A stretch of 64,000 nt of DNA, taken from NCBI GenBank assembly GCA_027306595.1, contig DAHUZI010000111.1, positions 89,783 through 153,782 of the forward strand, written 5' to 3'. The notes under the pieces are model-generated. The model ran no database searches. It was given only the letters and a program-made list of their open reading frames with translations, and had not been told where the DNA came from. This stretch comes from Candidatus Dormiibacterota bacterium (GTDB lineage: Bacteria > Chloroflexota > Dormibacteria > Aeolococcales > Bog-877). Every line of letters starts with the position of its first letter. Position 1 is the first letter of the stretch. Positions 60,825 to 64,000 of the stretch are shown piece after piece. Made by a program: the position numbers and the translations under genes.

Positions 60825-62618
60825 GTGCCCAGGCCTGGAGGAGTCGTGCGGGTGGCGGGATCGGACGGTGGGTCGCCGGGAGGCCTCCACTCAGGAACGG
60901 CCGCGGCGATCGCGCTCGGCGGCCTTGTGTATGGGAGTGCTCTGGTGTGGCTGGCGTCGGGCCTGAGCGCGGGTCTCCATTTCGGTCGCTACTCCGCCGC
61001 GCTCCTTCCCGACCTGATCCTGCGCCGCGGACCCACCGCCTCGGCGGAGACGGCAGGACGCATGACCCCGGCCTTCTGGCTGTGGTTCGCGGCGCTCACG
61101 GCGGCCTCCGGCCTCGTTGCGGTCCGTGCCGGCCAGTGGTGGCGCCGGCGGCGGCGCCCGGTGCGCCGTGGCGTCGTCGGACGCGCCGACCATGCTGGCC
61201 CCGGCGATCTCGCCGGGCTGAGGGTGGGCCGGATCGAGGCCGTCGGGCGAGCGGCTCGGGGCCGGGTCCGGCCCCGGCCGCCGCGGCGCGAGGCGCCACC
61301 TCCCCGGTTCCGGATCGGAACGCTGCACCGCCGCGCCCTGTGGAGCAGCCCTGACGACCACCTCCTCGTCCTCGGACCCACCGGAGCCGGGAAGTCCAGC
61401 GCCTTCGCGGTCCCCGCCGTCCTCGAGTGGCCAGGCCCGGTGGTGGTCACCGACCCGAAGGGCGAGCTGGTGGCGCGCACGCTCGGCCATCGCGAGCGGC
61501 TCGGTCGGGCGGCCGTGTTCGCCCCGATGCTGGCGCCGACCGACCGCTGGAACCCGGTCGACGCGATCAGCACCGGGGACGACGCGCTGCGGACCGCCGG
61601 CCTGCTGATGGGGCGAGCGCCGGACCGCGACCCGTTCTGGCACGACCTCGCCCGCCAGCTCCTCCATGGCCTTCTGGTCGAGGCGGCCGTCGCCCGCCTG
61701 ACCCTCGGCGACTGCCTGCGCCTCCTCCAGGAGATCCCCGCGGAGGAGCTGCCCGACGCGCTCGCCCACCCGGTCGCGCGCCGGATCGCGCGGGGGGCGC
61801 TCGCCGGCGGCGATCGGACGGCGATGGGGGTCGTGGCCACCTGCATCGCCCAGCTCGGGCCCTTCGGGGCCGAGCAGGTGGTGGCGACCACCAGCGCCTC
61901 CGACTTCGACCCGGCGGGGATCGCTGACGGCCGCCTGCGGACCCTCTACTGCGTCGTCACCCCGCATGACGCGATCTTGATCCGGGGGCTGGTCGGCGCC
62001 CTGCTCTCGTGCGCCTGGCGCGCCTGCTTCGCGGCGCCACCACGGCCGTCGGCCGCCTTCGTCCTCGACGAGTTCGCCCAGCTGGCCCATCTGCCCGAGC
62101 TCCCCGCGCTCGCCCAGCTTGGCCGGTCGCAGGGCGTGCGGCTGTGCCTGCTCGCCCAGGATCTGGCATCCGTTCGCGCCACATACGGAGCGGAGGCTGC
62201 GTCCGCGCTGTGGTCCAACTGCCGGGCCAAGCTCCTCCTGGCTGGGATCTCGGAGGTGGACCTCCTCGACCAGGCGAGCCGCCTGGCGGGTACCGCAACC
62301 TTTCACGCCCGCTCCGGCGAGATGGGTCATCCGCCGACACCCACGCCGCAACCGCTCCTGCACCCCGACGACATCCGCCGGTTGCAGCCGCTCGAGGCGC
62401 TGCTGCTGCACAGCTCGGCCCAGCCGGCGATCGTGCGGCAGCGCCGCTGGTACGGCGATCGCCGCCTCCGGCGCGCCGTCCGCCTGCCGGTTCCGGCCCG
62501 GGCGCGGCTGGGCCCCGCGACCTTGGTCCCGCTCGCCGCGGCGGGCCGCGACCGGAGCATCGCGTCCCGGCTCAGTCCCGGCTTCGACGACCCGCACTCG
62601 CGTCCGACCCAGGGGTGA
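60825..62618 (+). CDS. VirD4/TraG-family type IV secretion coupling protein (T4CP)
   Basis: ORF 60825..62618. Two N-terminal TMs. Walker A LVLGPTGAGKSS. Shows VVTDPKGEL and DPFWHDLA. Walker B AAFVLDEFAQL. Also GVRLCLLAQDLASV. Start is uncertain. Confidence 0.85.
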   Translation: MPRPGGVVRVAGSDGGSPGGLHSGTAAAIALGGLVYGSALVWLASGLSAGLHFGRYSAALLPDLILRRGPTASAETAGRMTPAFWLWFAALTAASGLVAVRAGQWWRRRRRPVRRGVVGRADHAGPGDLAGLRVGRIEAVGRAARGRVRPRPPRREAPPPRFRIGTLHRRALWSSPDDHLLVLGPTGAGKSSAFAVPAVLEWPGPVVVTDPKGELVARTLGHRERLGRAAVFAPMLAPTDRWNPVDAISTGDDALRTAGLLMGRAPDRDPFWHDLARQLLHGLLVEAAVARLTLGDCLRLLQEIPAEELPDALAHPVARRIARGALAGGDRTAMGVVATCIAQLGPFGAEQVVATTSASDFDPAGIADGRLRTLYCVVTPHDAILIRGLVGALLSCAWRACFAAPPRPSAAFVLDEFAQLAHLPELPALAQLGRSQGVRLCLLAQDLASVRATYGAEAASALWSNCRAKLLLAGISEVDLLDQASRLAGTATFHARSGEMGHPPTPTPQPLLHPDDIRRLQPLEALLLHSSAQPAIVRQRRWYGDRRLRRAVRLPVPARARLGPATLVPLAAAGRDRSIASRLSPGFDDPHSRPTQG

Positions 62619-62627
62619 GGCGCACTC

Positions 62628-62933
62628 ATGCCACCATCGGCGCCCGCCACGCTGCTCACCGGGCTGGACTCCGTCATCCACACCGTGACGACGCTGGCTC
62701 TGGGCGCCATCGCGGTCCTGTGCCTCAGCCTGGCGGCGATCCGCTACATGACGGCTCTCGACAACGCCCAAAGGCGGGCTGCCGCGCTTCAGGGGCTCGT
62801 GACCGTCATGGTCGGCGTTCTCCTGATCGTCAATGAGGGCGCCATCCTCGGGTTCGTCGAGGGTCTCACCGGCAGCAGCACCGCCTGCACCAGCGCCACC
62901 TGCGCCTCGACCACCGGCGCCGGCGGGCCGTGA
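62628..62933 (+). CDS. Two-TM small protein, T4SS pilin-like (TrbC/VirB2-type architecture)
   Basis: ORF 62628..62933, 9 nt after the T4CP stop. Two hydrophobic helices (TLALGAIAVLCLSLAAI; LVTVMVGVLLIVNEGAILGFV). Ser/Thr/Cys-rich tail. The call rests on architecture and context only. Confidence 0.5.
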   Translation: MPPSAPATLLTGLDSVIHTVTTLALGAIAVLCLSLAAIRYMTALDNAQRRAAALQGLVTVMVGVLLIVNEGAILGFVEGLTGSSTACTSATCASTTGAGGP

Positions 62934-62936
62934 CGG

Positions 62937-64000
62937 GTGCGACGGGCACAAGGGAGGCATCGCCTCGGCGCCGGGCCGAGGTGGCTGGCGTTCGCGGTCA
63001 CGGCGGTCGCGGCGAGCGTGCTCGCGGGCACCAGCGCGGCGGCCGCTCCCCACCCCCGCCATCCGAAACCCCAACCCGCCCCGAGCGTCACGGCGGCGAG
63101 CCCGCCCCCGCAGTCGGGAACAGCAGACACCAGCCAGCAGTGCGGCCTCCTCGACCCCACCTGCACGATCCTGAGCGCCATCGTCGCCGGGCCGATCGCG
63201 GCCATGGGTGCCTTCGATGGCAGCCCCGATCCCGCCGCCATCGATCCGGTCACCGGGGCCGTGACCAACGGCCCGTGGCACCTCATCACGACGACCGTGG
63301 GCGTCAACCCGGTCGTCGACAACTACGACGGCAGCCTCGGCGGCCCCGCCCACGAGTGCGGATCGGCGGGATGCATCCCCTGGGTCCAGACCCTGGACCA
63401 CATCGCCGTCCCTATCAGCCTTGCCCTTCTGGTGCTGGTGCTCCTGGTCCAGCTGATCTGGTTCATGGCGGGCCAGCAGATGCAGCTCAGGCGCCACGTC
63501 CTACCCAGCCTGGTCGCAGCCGCCGCACTCGCCGCAAACCTGCCGCTTCACGCAGCCGGTCGGATCATCGATGCCGGCAGCTGGCTCTCACAGACGCTCG
63601 TCAGCGCATCCCTGACGACTCCCCGGGCATCGCCCACCGCGTCCGCGATCCCGAGGAACATGATGACGGTTCTGGCGATGACGGCCTACTGCCCGGCAGA
63701 TAGCCCGGTCGCCCATCCCGGGATCCACATCAGCTGGCCGGGCTCCACGCCCAGCGAGGCGGTCCTGGTGAAGCCCTGGATGGATCGCACCAACACCCAG
63801 TCCCACTGTCTCGCCGCCAGCGATCCCGACTTCGTCAAGGAGGTCACCGACCGCAGCGACAACGTCTTCGGCCCCCCACTGCACGACATCAACTGCGATG
63901 CCACGGTGGTGCAGCCGGACCAGCCCCTCTGCACCAACACGGACAACACGGTCAACCAGAACCACAACCAGGACTGCCTGGAGGGAAGCGGGAGCGCCGA
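62937..64000 (+). CDS. Cys-rich exported/polytopic membrane protein, 5' part (open to window end); possible T4SS channel component
   Basis: Not in the ORF track. Frame-0 translation from GTG 62937 has no stop for 354 codons. Sequence VRRAQGRHRLGAGPRWLAFAVTAVAASVLAGTSAAAA.... TM segment HIAVPISLALLVLVLLVQLIWFMAG. 11 Cys residues. Confidence 0.55.
   Translation, partial: MRRAQGRHRLGAGPRWLAFAVTAVAASVLAGTSAAAAPHPRHPKPQPAPSVTAASPPPQSGTADTSQQCGLLDPTCTILSAIVAGPIAAMGAFDGSPDPAAIDPVTGAVTNGPWHLITTTVGVNPVVDNYDGSLGGPAHECGSAGCIPWVQTLDHIAVPISLALLVLVLLVQLIWFMAGQQMQLRRHVLPSLVAAAALAANLPLHAAGRIIDAGSWLSQTLVSASLTTPRASPTASAIPRNMMTVLAMTAYCPADSPVAHPGIHISWPGSTPSEAVLVKPWMDRTNTQSHCLAASDPDFVKEVTDRSDNVFGPPLHDINCDATVVQPDQPLCTNTDNTVNQNHNQDCLEGSGSA

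Noticed and set aside
60891-63497. 868-aa ORF on the minus strand
   Set aside because: It is antisense to the T4CP, pilin-like and membrane-protein genes. It has no motifs and shows the typical high-GC stop-codon-free antisense frame.
62930-63703. 257-aa ORF (+) listed in the track after the pilin-like gene
   Set aside because: Its product is an Arg/Pro/His-rich string. The neighbouring frame starting at GTG 62937 has a signal peptide and TM helices and stays open to the window end, so that frame was called instead.

Overview
Very GC-rich, gene-dense bacterial chromosomal segment. Gene content looks Actinomycetota-like (PatA/PimA-like pair, LdtMt2-like L,D-transpeptidase, KorAB, leaderless-looking starts); that assignment is inference only. 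By manual reading of both strands I call about 51 protein-coding genes. I found no rRNA, tRNA, CRISPR array, transposase or integrase. Most of the long ORFs in the six-frame track are antisense or out-of-frame shadows typical of high-GC DNA. Two real genes that run off the window edges are missing from the track: a P-type ATPase at 1..1490(-) and a membrane protein at 62937..64000(+).

Most content is housekeeping or metabolic:
- Envelope: HtrA protease, L,D-transpeptidase, class A PBP, and an intramembrane-sensing NarL-type two-component system.
- Central metabolism: KorAB 2-oxoacid:ferredoxin oxidoreductase, a CBS-fused citrate synthase, acetyl-CoA synthetase, fumarase.
- Lipids: a tightly overlapping string of acyltransferase, GT4, DegV and PlsY.
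- Transport: three MFS transporters.

Items worth a second look:
1. The edge of a type IV secretion/conjugation module at the 3' end (VirD4-like coupling protein, pilin-like 2-TM ORF, Cys-rich polytopic protein), next to an atypical receiver protein.
2. Two paralogous orphan family-5 solute-binding proteins, each translationally coupled to cytoplasmic hydrolases, with no permease or ATPase in the window.
3. Two adjacent convergent genes that are both disrupted: an aldo/keto reductase with TGG->TAG and a ribokinase with a 1-nt frameshift in a homopolymer.
4. A CBS-pair/citrate synthase fusion.
5. Several large GC-rich gaps with no convincing ORF, carrying a G12 tract, hairpins and palindromes.

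All start codons were picked by eye and no database search was run.
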